From IMG/VR virus record IMGVR_UViG_3300023235_000008, positions 1 to 64,000 of that record: DNA of 64,000 bases, one strand, 5' to 3'. The notes under the pieces are model-generated. The model was not told the origin of the DNA. It worked only from the letters and a program-made list of their open reading frames with translations, and ran no database searches. Position 1 is the first letter of the stretch. The number at the start of each line of letters is the position of its first letter. Below, piece by piece: positions 18,375 to 27,878 of the stretch. The position numbers and the translations under genes are program-made.

Positions 18375-19011
18375 GCGATCAGGAACAGTCGTTGGCTTCA
18401 ATGACTTACTATTCAATCTATTAATCAGTTTTGTTTGTTTGTTTATTATTGCATTCATCATGATGAATCCCCCTACTAAAAAGAAATCGATTGATCCAAA
18501 GGCTGAGTATATGATTACTATGACGTGGCCAGATGGTGACACGAATGACATTGACCTATGGGCAAAAAATACCCATGGCGCTGTTAGCTTTCGTGCACGT
18601 GATAATGAAACGATGCATCTTGACCGTGATGATCTCGGACAAACGAATGACAAGCTTGTATTGGATGGTGTCGAAGTTGTAAATCCTATGAATACTGAGG
18701 CTATTGCTATTCGCCAAACAATAGAAGGCGAGTATACTATTAGCATTCATTGGTATTCAACGAAAGATGATAGCCTAGACGTTGTGCCTGTCGAGATTGA
18801 AGTGATACGTATAAATCCATATAGACTTATGGCTAAGAGAACTGTTATAATGACAATAGTAGGTCAAGAACAAACGGCGTTTAAGTTTACAATGAGTGGC
18901 ATGGGATTGGCAAAGGCATTTACTACTGAACAAGAGGAATGGGTTACTGAGCAGGTAGCGAAGTTTCGCAGTGATGCCATCGTACACGAGACACCCGACA
19001 CAGGAAATTAA
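18355..19011 (+). CDS. Single-TM partner protein (ExbD/MotB-like N-terminus)
   Basis: GFNDLLFNLL TM with a conserved Asp; periplasmic domain with DIDLW and LDRDDLG. Confidence 0.65.
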   Translation: MKYQRNKRSGTVVGFNDLLFNLLISFVCLFIIAFIMMNPPTKKKSIDPKAEYMITMTWPDGDTNDIDLWAKNTHGAVSFRARDNETMHLDRDDLGQTNDKLVLDGVEVVNPMNTEAIAIRQTIEGEYTISIHWYSTKDDSLDVVPVEIEVIRINPYRLMAKRTVIMTIVGQEQTAFKFTMSGMGLAKAFTTEQEEWVTEQVAKFRSDAIVHETPDTGN

Positions 19012-19500
19012 ATGGAATTCTTTTTAACAACGACAGGCGCATTGGTTAGTATTTGGGTTGCATTAACTATTGTATTTTTAATGCTGGTAGCTAAGTCAAC
19101 CTTAACATTAACTAGAAAAATGACGATTGTACCATTGACATTCCTACTTCTGTATGTTACTATAAGTGATACAATAAATCTATTCGGATATCCTTATGAT
19201 GGTTATCCAGTAGGTGAATTTCAAATCGTGTCACATCGTGTGGACGAAACAAAGACTATTGTGTTATGGGTTCGGAATGATGATGGTGATCGTCTGTATC
19301 GTTTCCCATATGATGAAAATGCGAAAAAGGCACTTGATGCTGCTAAGAAGAAAGCTGACAAAGGTGTGCGACAGATGGGTAAGTTTGAACGTTCAAACAA
19401 ATCCAAAGGAAATAAGAACCAAGGCATGTCACGTGACAGTGAAAACTCTTTAAAAGTATATGATTTTCCACATCAACAACGTATTCCTAAAAACCAATGA
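19012..19500 (+). CDS. Membrane protein, third gene of the ExbB-like cassette
   Basis: Two N-terminal TM helices; GYP...; abuts the previous stop. Confidence 0.7.
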   Translation: MEFFLTTTGALVSIWVALTIVFLMLVAKSTLTLTRKMTIVPLTFLLLYVTISDTINLFGYPYDGYPVGEFQIVSHRVDETKTIVLWVRNDDGDRLYRFPYDENAKKALDAAKKKADKGVRQMGKFERSNKSKGNKNQGMSRDSENSLKVYDFPHQQRIPKNQ

Positions 19501-19507
19501 GGTAATA

Positions 19508-19810
19508 ATGACTGATTCAGATATTGCGATTGCTACAAAAACGAAGGTAAGAGTTAAAGAACCTTCTATGTTCAACGTGATTTATTTAAACGACGATGCA
19601 ACAACAATGCAGTTCGTTATCGATACGCTTATGCGTCATTTTGATTATGATGATGAACGTGCGATTACTAAGATGGCTGAAATCCACGAAGAAGATTCCG
19701 CGGTTGTCGCCACGCTACCATACGAGATTGCCGAACAGAAAGGCGTCGAAGTAACACTTGAAGCCCGTGCGCTTGGTTTTCCACTTCAAGTCAAAGTAGA
19801 GCCATCGTGA
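19508..19810 (+). CDS. clpS: ATP-dependent Clp protease adaptor ClpS
   Basis: NVIYLNDDATTMQFV, EIHEE, EIAEQK, FPLQVKVE. Confidence 0.95.
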   Translation: MTDSDIAIATKTKVRVKEPSMFNVIYLNDDATTMQFVIDTLMRHFDYDDERAITKMAEIHEEDSAVVATLPYEIAEQKGVEVTLEARALGFPLQVKVEPS

Positions 19811-20004
19811 TGGATAGTTATATGGATGAAGCCTGTAAGAATGCAGCAAAGGCTTATCTAAAAACGTGTTCATCTGGCGGTATGCCAGACAAAGAAGTTG
19901 AGGTGGTTCAGAAGCACGTTGATGCAATGGGTGACTTACATTACTTTGCGATGAATATTGCAGAAGCCTTGAAAGAAAATGGATACAAGGTGGTGAAAGC
20001 ATGA
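19807..20004 (+). CDS. Hypothetical protein
   Basis: Coupled ORF in operon. Confidence 0.55.
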   Translation: MMDSYMDEACKNAAKAYLKTCSSGGMPDKEVEVVQKHVDAMGDLHYFAMNIAEALKENGYKVVKA

Positions 20005-20525
20005 AATGTATAAATTTATGGGCGGGTCCGGGCGCAGGTAAGTCCACTACTGCTTCGGGTCTTTTCTTCGAAATGAAGACAAGGGATATGGAAGTTGAAC
20101 TTGTCACCGAATATGCTAAGAAACTTGTGTGGCAAAAGCGACATAACACTCTTAAAGATCAGTTATATGTGACTGCCAAACAGAACAGTCGTATGATGGT
20201 ATTGCAGGATCAAGTGAACTGGTGTATTACTGACTCGCCATTGTTATTGGGGCTGTATTATATGCCGAATTATCATCCACTGACATTTCCGACATTTGCA
20301 TTAGAACTTTTTAATTCGTATGACAATCTAAACATTTGGATTAATCGAACTAAAAAATATAATCCAAACGGTCGTAATCAGAACGAACAAGAAGCACGTC
20401 AGGCTGACGATGATATCAAACAACTTCTTATTGACAATAATCTTCCGTTTGTTGAAGTTGATGGCGATGCAATGGCACCGAAGCGTATATTGGAAACTGT
20501 TTTAGCACAAGGAAAATACACATGA
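20001..20525 (+). CDS. P-loop NTPase (AAA_28/NadR-like)
   Basis: INLWAGPGAGKST, ELVTEYAK, ITDSPLLL, YNPNGRNQ. Confidence 0.85.
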   Translation: MKCINLWAGPGAGKSTTASGLFFEMKTRDMEVELVTEYAKKLVWQKRHNTLKDQLYVTAKQNSRMMVLQDQVNWCITDSPLLLGLYYMPNYHPLTFPTFALELFNSYDNLNIWINRTKKYNPNGRNQNEQEARQADDDIKQLLIDNNLPFVEVDGDAMAPKRILETVLAQGKYT

Positions 20526-20710
20526 TTTACTGTTTATACTTTACTCTTATTTCATCAGCATTGGTGATGGTCACATCGATTGTTAGTTGTCTTATTTTAG
20601 GAATAATTCCAATGTCGATGATGTCGGTGCATATCTTATTGATGATGCTATTGATGGGTGCGCTTTCATATCATATCAGGGATTTAGCTGATGAGGAAAT
20701 GAATAAATGA
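20522..20710 (+). CDS. Small membrane protein
   Basis: Two hydrophobic helices; ATGA coupling. Confidence 0.5.
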   Translation: MIYCLYFTLISSALVMVTSIVSCLILGIIPMSMMSVHILLMMLLMGALSYHIRDLADEEMNK

Positions 20711-21063
20711 AAGTAGTATACGGTGAAGATGTAAGCGAAATGTTTGGCGACAAGTATATCGTGCTTGAACTTGACACGTTTATGGTAGAAGGCGAAGAAC
20801 TCCCGGCGTGGTCAGTAATCAGTGCAGAAAATATTAGTCTTGGTGATTTACCACAAATGGACCATTGGAAAGAGTTTCACGCCAAGATGATTAATGGCTA
20901 CAAAACACAGCAATGGAACTTTGTATTGGATTGTGTATCTAATCTTCGTGGTAAATGGGGAGGAGAGATAGATTCATTTTATGACCATATGGAACAACGT
21001 GTGAAAGAGTTGCAGTTAAGTGTTCCTGACCATTGGACGCCTGTTATCCATCGCAATGGATAA
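20707..21063 (+). CDS. Conserved hypothetical phage protein
   Basis: YIVLELDTF...LRGKWGGEIDSFY. Confidence 0.75.
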   Translation: MKVVYGEDVSEMFGDKYIVLELDTFMVEGEELPAWSVISAENISLGDLPQMDHWKEFHAKMINGYKTQQWNFVLDCVSNLRGKWGGEIDSFYDHMEQRVKELQLSVPDHWTPVIHRNG

Positions 21064-21262
21064 AGAAGAGTTCTGGGAAGCGTTAAAAAGTAATCAAGAT
21101 TGCGAGGACTGTCGGTTCGCAAAGATATACCGAACGCTTGATGATAACAATCCAGATCATTTTCAAGTGTTTTGTCACGAGAAAAGCCAAATATTTCAAA
21201 ATCACTATGTTCCTGAGAAATGTAAGATGTGGAAGATAAGAAGATATGAGCTATTGGAATGA
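21056..21262 (+). CDS. KEFW-CxxC cassette-family protein
   Basis: MDKEEFWEALKS...CEDC...C...C.MW. Confidence 0.8.
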   Translation: MDKEEFWEALKSNQDCEDCRFAKIYRTLDDNNPDHFQVFCHEKSQIFQNHYVPEKCKMWKIRRYELLE

Positions 21263-21459
21263 ATAAGGATGCATTTTGGGAAGCGTTAAGTCTGCCATCG
21301 CCGTGGTTATAGCAACTGCAAGCATTTTAATACATCATATGTATATATTACATCAGTGATAACTCGTGTATCTGCACAGAACTAATGGATAAAGACTCCG
21401 CTACGACATGTAAGTACGGACACCCATGGTTACGCCAATGGGAACGGGATGGAAAATGA
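21259..21459 (+). pseudogene. Doubly frameshifted KEFW cassette
   Basis: MNKDAFWEALSLP / RGYSNCKH / CICTE...TCKYG...QWERDGK* lie in different frames. Confidence 0.7.
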
Positions 21460-21480
21460 CGAAAATACCTAAATATATGT

Positions 21481-22047
21481 ATGTACGAGAAACTTATTAT
21501 TTGGGTAATCATTACGTTAGTGCCCCTTATTCCGACCTATGTAACCCACAAGGTGTTGCAAAGTAATAGCTCGTTCAAAAACACTAGCCAAGGCATTAAA
21601 CTAGGTGGCTCAATCGCCGCCTATTTTATTTTATTGGGCGTAGCTTTCACATCATACAATAATATGTATAGTGATCCATTAGAGCCTATTCGGCACGATC
21701 TTGAAGGTAACTGGATTTGCAATGGTACAATAATAAACTCCCTTAATGAAGATAAAGTAAACACAACCATTGAAAGCGCACTATCCATTAATATGAATAG
21801 CGGCGGAAAGCTGTCATTAACTGGACAAGTCATAGATTCAAATAAGTTTTGGCAAGCCGAAGAAGTTATTGTAACGCCAAAGAAACTAATCTTTATCTTT
21901 CAAACACCTACCCAAGCAACAGGCATCACGTGGTTATCATTTAGCTATCAGGACGATACTATCAAAGCATTGTTCGGCACTTGGGTAATCACGGGACAGA
22001 TTGGACGAGGCTCCCTTAGTTGTTTCCGTGCCGTCAACCCACAATAA
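21481..22047 (+). CDS. 2TM plus predicted beta-barrel protein
   Basis: Two TM helices (GIKLGGSIAAYF), then LEGNW and alternating beta-strand patterns; late promoter CTAAATA. Confidence 0.7.
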   Translation: MYEKLIIWVIITLVPLIPTYVTHKVLQSNSSFKNTSQGIKLGGSIAAYFILLGVAFTSYNNMYSDPLEPIRHDLEGNWICNGTIINSLNEDKVNTTIESALSINMNSGGKLSLTGQVIDSNKFWQAEEVIVTPKKLIFIFQTPTQATGITWLSFSYQDDTIKALFGTWVITGQIGRGSLSCFRAVNPQ

Positions 22048-22089
22048 TAACCCCTTGACATAATCAATCTATTCTGTTATCTTTTATCA

Positions 22090-22293
22090 ATGAATAAAAA
22101 AGAACACCAGTTTTGGAATATTTTAACCAATCCGATACCAGAACCTCGTTGTTCTAACTGTAGACACCGAGAGTATTTTAATGATACATGCTATCGTCTA
22201 CGTGAAACTGGCGAAGAAGAATGCGCTATATTTCTTATTAATGTGGTCCAAACTTATCCTTTTTGGGAATGGGATGGAACTTTTGATGAATAA
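22090..22293 (+). CDS. KEFW-CxxC cassette-family protein
   Basis: MNKKEHQFWNILTNP...CSNC...C...C...FWEWDG; leaderless promoter at 22055-22083. Confidence 0.8.
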   Translation: MNKKEHQFWNILTNPIPEPRCSNCRHREYFNDTCYRLRETGEEECAIFLINVVQTYPFWEWDGTFDE

Positions 22294-22489
22294 GAATGAG
22301 TTTATCAAGGCTTTATCTGAACCGTATGATAAAAGTTGTCTGAACTGTAAGTTTGCCAGACGGTCTGGCACAATGCCAGAGGATGGATATAATAACAAGT
22401 GTGGGAAGTGTCACGAACACGATCCAGAAATGATAAATAAACCTGACCTGTATCCAGAAGACAACTGGGAATGGAACGGCGACAAATGA
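22286..22489 (+). CDS. KEFW-CxxC cassette-family protein
   Basis: MNKNEFIKALSEP...CLNC...CGKC...DNWEWNGDK. Confidence 0.8.
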   Translation: MNKNEFIKALSEPYDKSCLNCKFARRSGTMPEDGYNNKCGKCHEHDPEMINKPDLYPEDNWEWNGDK

Positions 22490-22713
22490 ATAAAGATAAA
22501 GAACAGTTTTGGGAATCAATGGTATCGCCTGAAATCGGGTGCGGCACATGTAAGCACTTAGAACCAGATGGTGCCGAAAGTTGTGGGAGGGTGCTACTAC
22601 AGGACGAGGATGAATGCATTGTTGTATCCCGCATGGTGAGTGACAGTCACCCGAAGAGTATATACCCACATTGGGAATGGGATGGAGTTAACACAGAGGA
22701 CAATGACCGATGA
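22486..22713 (+). CDS. KEFW-CxxC cassette-family protein
   Basis: MNKDKEQFWESMVSP.GCGTC...C...C...HWEWDG. Confidence 0.8.
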   Translation: MNKDKEQFWESMVSPEIGCGTCKHLEPDGAESCGRVLLQDEDECIVVSRMVSDSHPKSIYPHWEWDGVNTEDNDR

Positions 22714-23051
22714 TATGTAAAGAAGATTTTATATTTGGATTAACGGCTTCAAGTAATGACATTGAATTCGAGAAACGGCGTCGTGAATATGCCAAAAAAT
22801 ATAAAAGGGCGAAGAGAAATGCGCTGAAAGAGTTTAAAGACACACCTACCAAAGCGCTTCTCAATATGCGATATGGTTATTTTAGGAATGAGTATAGTGA
22901 TGATGATGAATATCATAGTCGGGAAGGTGTATCCGATGCGGTGTATGAGATTCTAAGCACCCGAGAGCACATTCCGAACAAACTTGAAGGCAAACGTGCC
23001 CGTCAAGCAAAGGCGAAAATGGGTAGACATAAAGGAAGACGTGATAAATGA
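22710..23051 (+). CDS. Hypothetical basic protein
   Basis: ATGA-coupled; body ends REHIPNKLEGKRARQAKAK; weak leader-like start KEDFIFGL. Confidence 0.7.
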   Translation: MICKEDFIFGLTASSNDIEFEKRRREYAKKYKRAKRNALKEFKDTPTKALLNMRYGYFRNEYSDDDEYHSREGVSDAVYEILSTREHIPNKLEGKRARQAKAKMGRHKGRRDK

Positions 23052-23218
23052 ATAAGACTGAGTTTATCAATGCGTTAAGTGAGCCTACTAAAAAAGGTTG
23101 CTTTAATTGCAAGTTCAAATACGAGAATTGGTGTGTGACGTGTCACGAACACGATCCAGAAATTATGGCAACCCTTAGTTATCAAGAAGATAACTGGGAA
23201 TGGAACGGCGACAAATGA
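23048..23218 (+). CDS. KEFW-CxxC cassette-family protein (56 aa, not in ORF track)
   Basis: MNKTEFINALSEPTKKGCFNC...CVTCHEHDPE...DNWEWNGDK. Confidence 0.8.
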   Translation: MNKTEFINALSEPTKKGCFNCKFKYENWCVTCHEHDPEIMATLSYQEDNWEWNGDK

Positions 23219-23703
23219 ATAAAGAAAAGTTTTGGGAAGCATTGCAAGCACCGATACGCCGTGATTATTGGAATACCGAAGAGTTCGGACTTGAACTTGA
23301 AAAATGGTTTGGGTATTCTAATCTACGGGAAGCCGAACATCATCATACTTTTAACAGTATTATAAAACGGTTTCCTAACCTTCCGTCATACATTGATCGT
23401 ATTAATATTGAAAATGAACAGCGGGCTGAACAACGGCGGCGTGATTATGACACGTGGACTAGAAAGAATGTAACACTTGTTGAAGTAGATATGCTTGCTG
23501 GTGGAAAAGATAGCCATCCTGATATCAAAACAGATAGTACACAATATCTTGCGCTGATTGGTGGAGGGTTTGTTGCTGGAACGTTTAGTAAGGTTAACGA
23601 GAAGGGTAGACTAAACTTTTGGGGTGGCTATAACCAACAGTATGATAAACCGGGATATAACAGCAGCGACTGGCAAAAACTATGGGAAATCGTAACCAAA
23701 TGA
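23215..23703 (+). CDS. KEFW leader fused to an unrelated Cys-free body
   Basis: MNKEKFWEALQAP, then about 150 aa of different sequence ending LWEI. Confidence 0.75.
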   Translation: MNKEKFWEALQAPIRRDYWNTEEFGLELEKWFGYSNLREAEHHHTFNSIIKRFPNLPSYIDRINIENEQRAEQRRRDYDTWTRKNVTLVEVDMLAGGKDSHPDIKTDSTQYLALIGGGFVAGTFSKVNEKGRLNFWGGYNQQYDKPGYNSSDWQKLWEIVTK

Positions 23704-23873
23704 ATAAAGATAAAGAACTGTTTTGGAAGCGACTATCATTTGAAAAGAGTTGTAATAACTGCTTTTATTCACGTGCGTGTATATCACGATTTATGCCAAA
23801 ACCCGTAACTTGTTCACCTACCCGATTAAATGAATGGGTATGGAATAAAAAGACTTACACGAAAATGAAATGA
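23700..23873 (+). CDS. KEFW-CxxC cassette-family protein
   Basis: MNKDKELFWKRL.FEKSCNNC...C...C...EWVWN. Confidence 0.8.
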   Translation: MNKDKELFWKRLSFEKSCNNCFYSRACISRFMPKPVTCSPTRLNEWVWNKKTYTKMK

Positions 23874-23964
23874 CTGAAAAGGATTTATCTTATGTCTAAA
23901 AAAGACTTGACTTAACTTATTGTCCATGTTACTTTAATGAACAATAAGGAAAAGGAATACACAC

Positions 23965-24183
23965 ATGGTAAACGGTTTTGAAGTAGGTCAGAAAGTTACT
24001 TGGTCAAGCGCAGCTGGTCAGTTGGTTGGAACCATCAAAAGTTTCAACAAGGCCAAGAATGCAGCACATAATATGATTGATTGGGTGACGATTAGTTGCC
24101 CTACCCCGATGAACCCAAATCGTACTGCGCACTTCGCAGCAACAAAAAGCTATTTTGCACAGCTTAAAGTTCAAGCAATATGA
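23965..24183 (+). CDS. Hypothetical early protein (SH3-like beta pattern)
   Basis: TTGACT promoter at about 23907, AAGGA SD; FEVGQKVTW. Confidence 0.7.
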   Translation: MVNGFEVGQKVTWSSAAGQLVGTIKSFNKAKNAAHNMIDWVTISCPTPMNPNRTAHFAATKSYFAQLKVQAI

Positions 24184-24377
24184 TCTGGTTAATTTTAGGT
24201 CTGACGACTTGGACAGTTGCATCTGTCGTTTTCTTCTTTTGGTCTTGGGAGACTAAAGGTAAATGCGGCGGACCCGATCCGTGGTACGTTTGGGTCTTTA
24301 TGTTGCCGTCATTTGCACTGGCGACTATTATTGGACTGGGTTTTTCGTTAATAGAGATGGTAAAGAAAGGAAAATAA
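24180..24377 (+). CDS. Small membrane protein
   Basis: Two TM helices; ATGA coupling. Confidence 0.6.
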   Translation: MIWLILGLTTWTVASVVFFFWSWETKGKCGGPDPWYVWVFMLPSFALATIIGLGFSLIEMVKKGK

Positions 24378-24378
24378 A

Positions 24379-24792
24379 ATGACTGAAACACTACCGACGC
24401 TATACATTCTGATGCGGAATGACATGGAAAGCATGAACGCTGGCAAAGCAATGGCGCAAGCTAGTCACGCAAGTAACGCTTTCGTAAAACATGCTAACGA
24501 AGCGTTGCCTGACTTCAATCTTGGTCAATTGTTTCCGCAATGGAAATTGGAAACCGAACAAGGTTTCGGCACTGTTCTGGTTCTAGCTGTTAACGAAAAG
24601 CAGATGCGCCAAGCTGTAGAAACTTCTGAAGTTATGGGTTTGGTTTCTGGTGTTGTTCACGATCCAACCTACCCTCTACGGGATGGTGACACGACACACT
24701 TCCTGCCAGTTGATACGTGTGCTTATGTTTTCGCAGATCGTGCTAACCCGATGGTTAAAGCAGTTCTGGGCAACTTTCCACTTCACCCTTAA
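24379..24792 (+). CDS. Peptidyl-tRNA hydrolase 2 (Pth2)-like protein
   Basis: LYILMRND..MNAGKAMAQASHA, TVLVL, VHDPTYP resemble the Pth2 fold signature. Confidence 0.7.
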   Translation: MTETLPTLYILMRNDMESMNAGKAMAQASHASNAFVKHANEALPDFNLGQLFPQWKLETEQGFGTVLVLAVNEKQMRQAVETSEVMGLVSGVVHDPTYPLRDGDTTHFLPVDTCAYVFADRANPMVKAVLGNFPLHP

Positions 24793-25053
24793 AACACCAT
24801 AAGGAATAAATACCATGTTATACCAACGAGATATTTTCAAAGGCACGACAATCCAACTAACGACCAAACCCTTCAAAAACTGGGAAGGCGGTGGGCACAG
24901 TCCATCAAACCTTTACGCCTGTAACTGAAGTTGTTGAGTTAGACGATTACAACTTACGGCAGGTGATTAAAGTTACACCGATTGTGATGCGAACTGGTAA
25001 TTTTCCTGACCCGAAATGTCCATACACATCTTACGTAGTGGAGTATTAAAAAA

Positions 25054-27568
25054 ATGATAGATGATTTAGTGGTACAGTACAGGGAATCAAATGGTGGAGA
25101 AAGCAACGGACAACACATTACTAGTAGTATCCATGATGGTCGCATTGATCAAATGGTGGAGAAAGCAACGGACAACACATTACTAGTAGTATCCATGATG
25201 GTCGCATTGATGACAATGACAATCCTCGGGATATTATCAACAGCGACAACCCAGACGAAATCCGTAGCGATGGACCCGCCAGAGGGACGATACGAGAGAC
25301 TGGTGGAAGTACGGGAACAGATGGTTCCGAACTCAGTGGCGACACTGGAAATGTTAAACGAGAAACAATCACAGATGGAGAACAAGTAAATGGAAACCCT
25401 AGCACTAGCGGCACCACTAATGACGGTGGCGATACTACAAGCACAGGAAGCACTACCGACGACGACACTGGAACAGATGAAGGTGAAGATGGAGACACAA
25501 CTGGAAACGGTGACGGTGGGGGCGACGATCCATCTTCTGGCGATGGTGATGGTTCTGGCACCAGCAATGGCAGTCTAACTGTAACAGTAACCACACGCAC
25601 ATATAGTGAAACAGAAACAGGCGATCCAGTGCTGGTTGATACTAGCACTGACGCCGTTTCGTCACGTTCTAATGACCTTGAAAACAATCGTGAAGTTGTT
25701 ACAACCGATACAACTACCACTAACACATACGAAACCACTGTAACTACAACACAATACGAAGTTGAAGTAACTACTATTACTGATGCAGATGGTAACGTGG
25801 TAAGCATGACTGAATCTGACCCGACAGTTACTAGCCAAGATTCTACCGTTGACCAAACGAGTGATGCAAGTGTTAACAGTGAAACATCATACGAAGAACC
25901 TACATACGAGACAACGCAGCAAGTCGAAACCGTAACGGTTGTAAGTGATCCTGTTACCGAAACCACGTATGAAGACGTAACTTCACGTACCAACGATTTA
26001 GAAAACAATGAAGAAGATGTAACCGTTACTAGAAATTATACGGACGAAACTTCTGTTGATAAACACGTGAAGTAGAACACGTTGATACTTTCACAACCTT
26101 TGAGAATGCGGCGGTAACGGTTGAATATGTTCAAGACGTTAACGTGGTTGTCGGTGATCCTGTGGTTGATGTTCAATCAGAAACATATACTGAGCGTGAG
26201 ATTGATTACGACAATGACCGTGAAAAACTTTCAACATATGAAGATACCACTACAACCACAACGATAACAACCACTACGACCACAACCACTACGCCTGTGT
26301 ATACTGTGACGTATTCAGATGGAACAACGGAAACAGAATATGGCAATCCTGCCGCTGATGTGGTGAGTAGTGATAACGTGACGGTTGATACAAATGTTGA
26401 AGCAATCAATACAGATTACGAATATCCAGAGATTGTTACCACAAATGATACTGTAACGTCAACTGATGTTACTGACCCTGCTGTTACGACCACGTATGAA
26501 GATGTGACTGTTACTGTTCAAAATGAAGATGGAACGACAACTGAAGTCACCACACGTGAGTTCACTGACACAACATCGGTTACAACGACTGTAACAAATA
26601 CAACGACACCAACAACCACGTTGACCTATTCCGATGGAACAACTGAAACGGTGGTTGGTGATCCGATTATTACTACCGAAACAACAACAGATGAAACATT
26701 CATTGAACGTGATGAAATCATTGACCAAGACACAACACCATTCGCTGATGAAGATGCCTTTACTGGTGTAGAAGATCAAGCTACGCAGTTTTACCTTGAT
26801 GATATTCTTGAAAATGATTATGATCTTGATGGTGATGTATTGGATTTGGTATCGTTTGATCAGCCATCTAACGGCACATTGACATACGATGCTAACGAAC
26901 AACTGTTTACATTTACGCCTGACGAGAATTGGAATGGCGAGACATCATTTGGATATACAATCACTGACGGTGACGATGAAGTAAGTTCAACAGTGAACCT
27001 AACGACTGAAGATGATTTAACTGATGAAGGTGAAGAAAACTACGAAGACCCTAATGGCGGTGGATCGGGACACGGTTCAGGTTCAGGAAGTGGATCAGGG
27101 TCTGGTTCAGGACATGGAAAGGATTCTGGCTCTGGAAAAGATAAAGATACTGGTTCAGGTTCGGGTCATGGAAAGGATTCTGGTTCTGGAAAAGGCAAGG
27201 ATAAAGATGGCAAAGATAACGACGATTCAGGACACGGAAAAGGTGGCTCAAAATCTGGAAGCGGTTCTGGGAAAGGAAGCGGCGAAGGCAAAGATTCGGG
27301 AATGGAAAAGAACGATGGGTCTGCTGAAGGCGATGCGAAGGATTCGCAAAAGAACGATGAAGAAGCCGACTTCGTATTTGGATTAGAACGTGATGGTGAT
27401 GTTCAAAACGATTGGGTGAATGCTGAAGCATCTGATGAAAGCAACGGCAATGGATGGACAGATCATACACCTACAGAAGATGATGATACAATGAACTGGG
27501 GCGATGGCGAAAGTAAAGTTGACCTGCCAGATGATTTACACGACTACGATAATAACCATAATTACTAA
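25054..27568 (+). pseudogene. Large acidic Thr/Asp-rich adhesin-like protein with a cadherin-like domain, broken by two frameshifts
   Basis: Three frames join (25054, 25149-26075, about 26064-27568) if a 62-bp duplication is removed and one A is added at 26061-63; ED...ILENDYDLDGD...FTPDENWNGETSFGYTITDG cadherin-like/Ig domain; GSGSG linker. Confidence 0.75.
25086..25209 (+). repeat. Exact 62-bp tandem duplication
   Basis: ATCAAATGGTGG...GGTCGCATTG occurs twice (25086-25147, 25148-25209). Confidence 0.95.
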
Positions 27569-27602
27569 ACAAAGACTTATTTGATACTAAGAAAAATGAT
27601 GA

Positions 27603-27878
27603 TTAATCATCACACCAACGTATAACACCGTATTGCACTTCGGCAATGGCTTCATCTGGTGTGATATCAAACCATTCACCTGATACCCTAGTGTGACGGT
27701 TTGCTTTGTGTATTTCTGATTCTATAAGGCGAACTTGTTTCTCTGGCACTTCCGCATAATAATGTATTTTTAGTTTAGTGGGATTACCTGTCTGTAGTGC
27801 AGCTAACCTTGTATCAACATCATTGCTGAACCCTATTTTTTGTGGTCCATCCACGCCACCTATTACATATATAAACAT
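27603..27878 (-). CDS. GIY-YIG-like (T5orf172/MUG113) domain protein
   Basis: IYVIG...KIGFS.D...RL..LQTGNP...E..IH......GEWF. Confidence 0.85.
   Translation of the reverse strand: MFIYVIGGVDGPQKIGFSNDVDTRLAALQTGNPTKLKIHYYAEVPEKQVRLIESEIHKANRHTRVSGEWFDITPDEAIAEVQYGVIRWCDD

Noticed and set aside
24815-25050. Possible gene or N-terminal part of the adhesin-like protein
   Set aside because: Two partial frames (MLYQRDIF... and ...HQTFTPVTEVVELDD...) need another frameshift and have no recognisable motif, so this is not supportable as a feature.
25121-26008. 295-aa minus-strand ORF
   Set aside because: Antisense shadow of the Thr/Asp-rich plus-strand frame (Ser/Val-rich mirror), with no promoter or SD.
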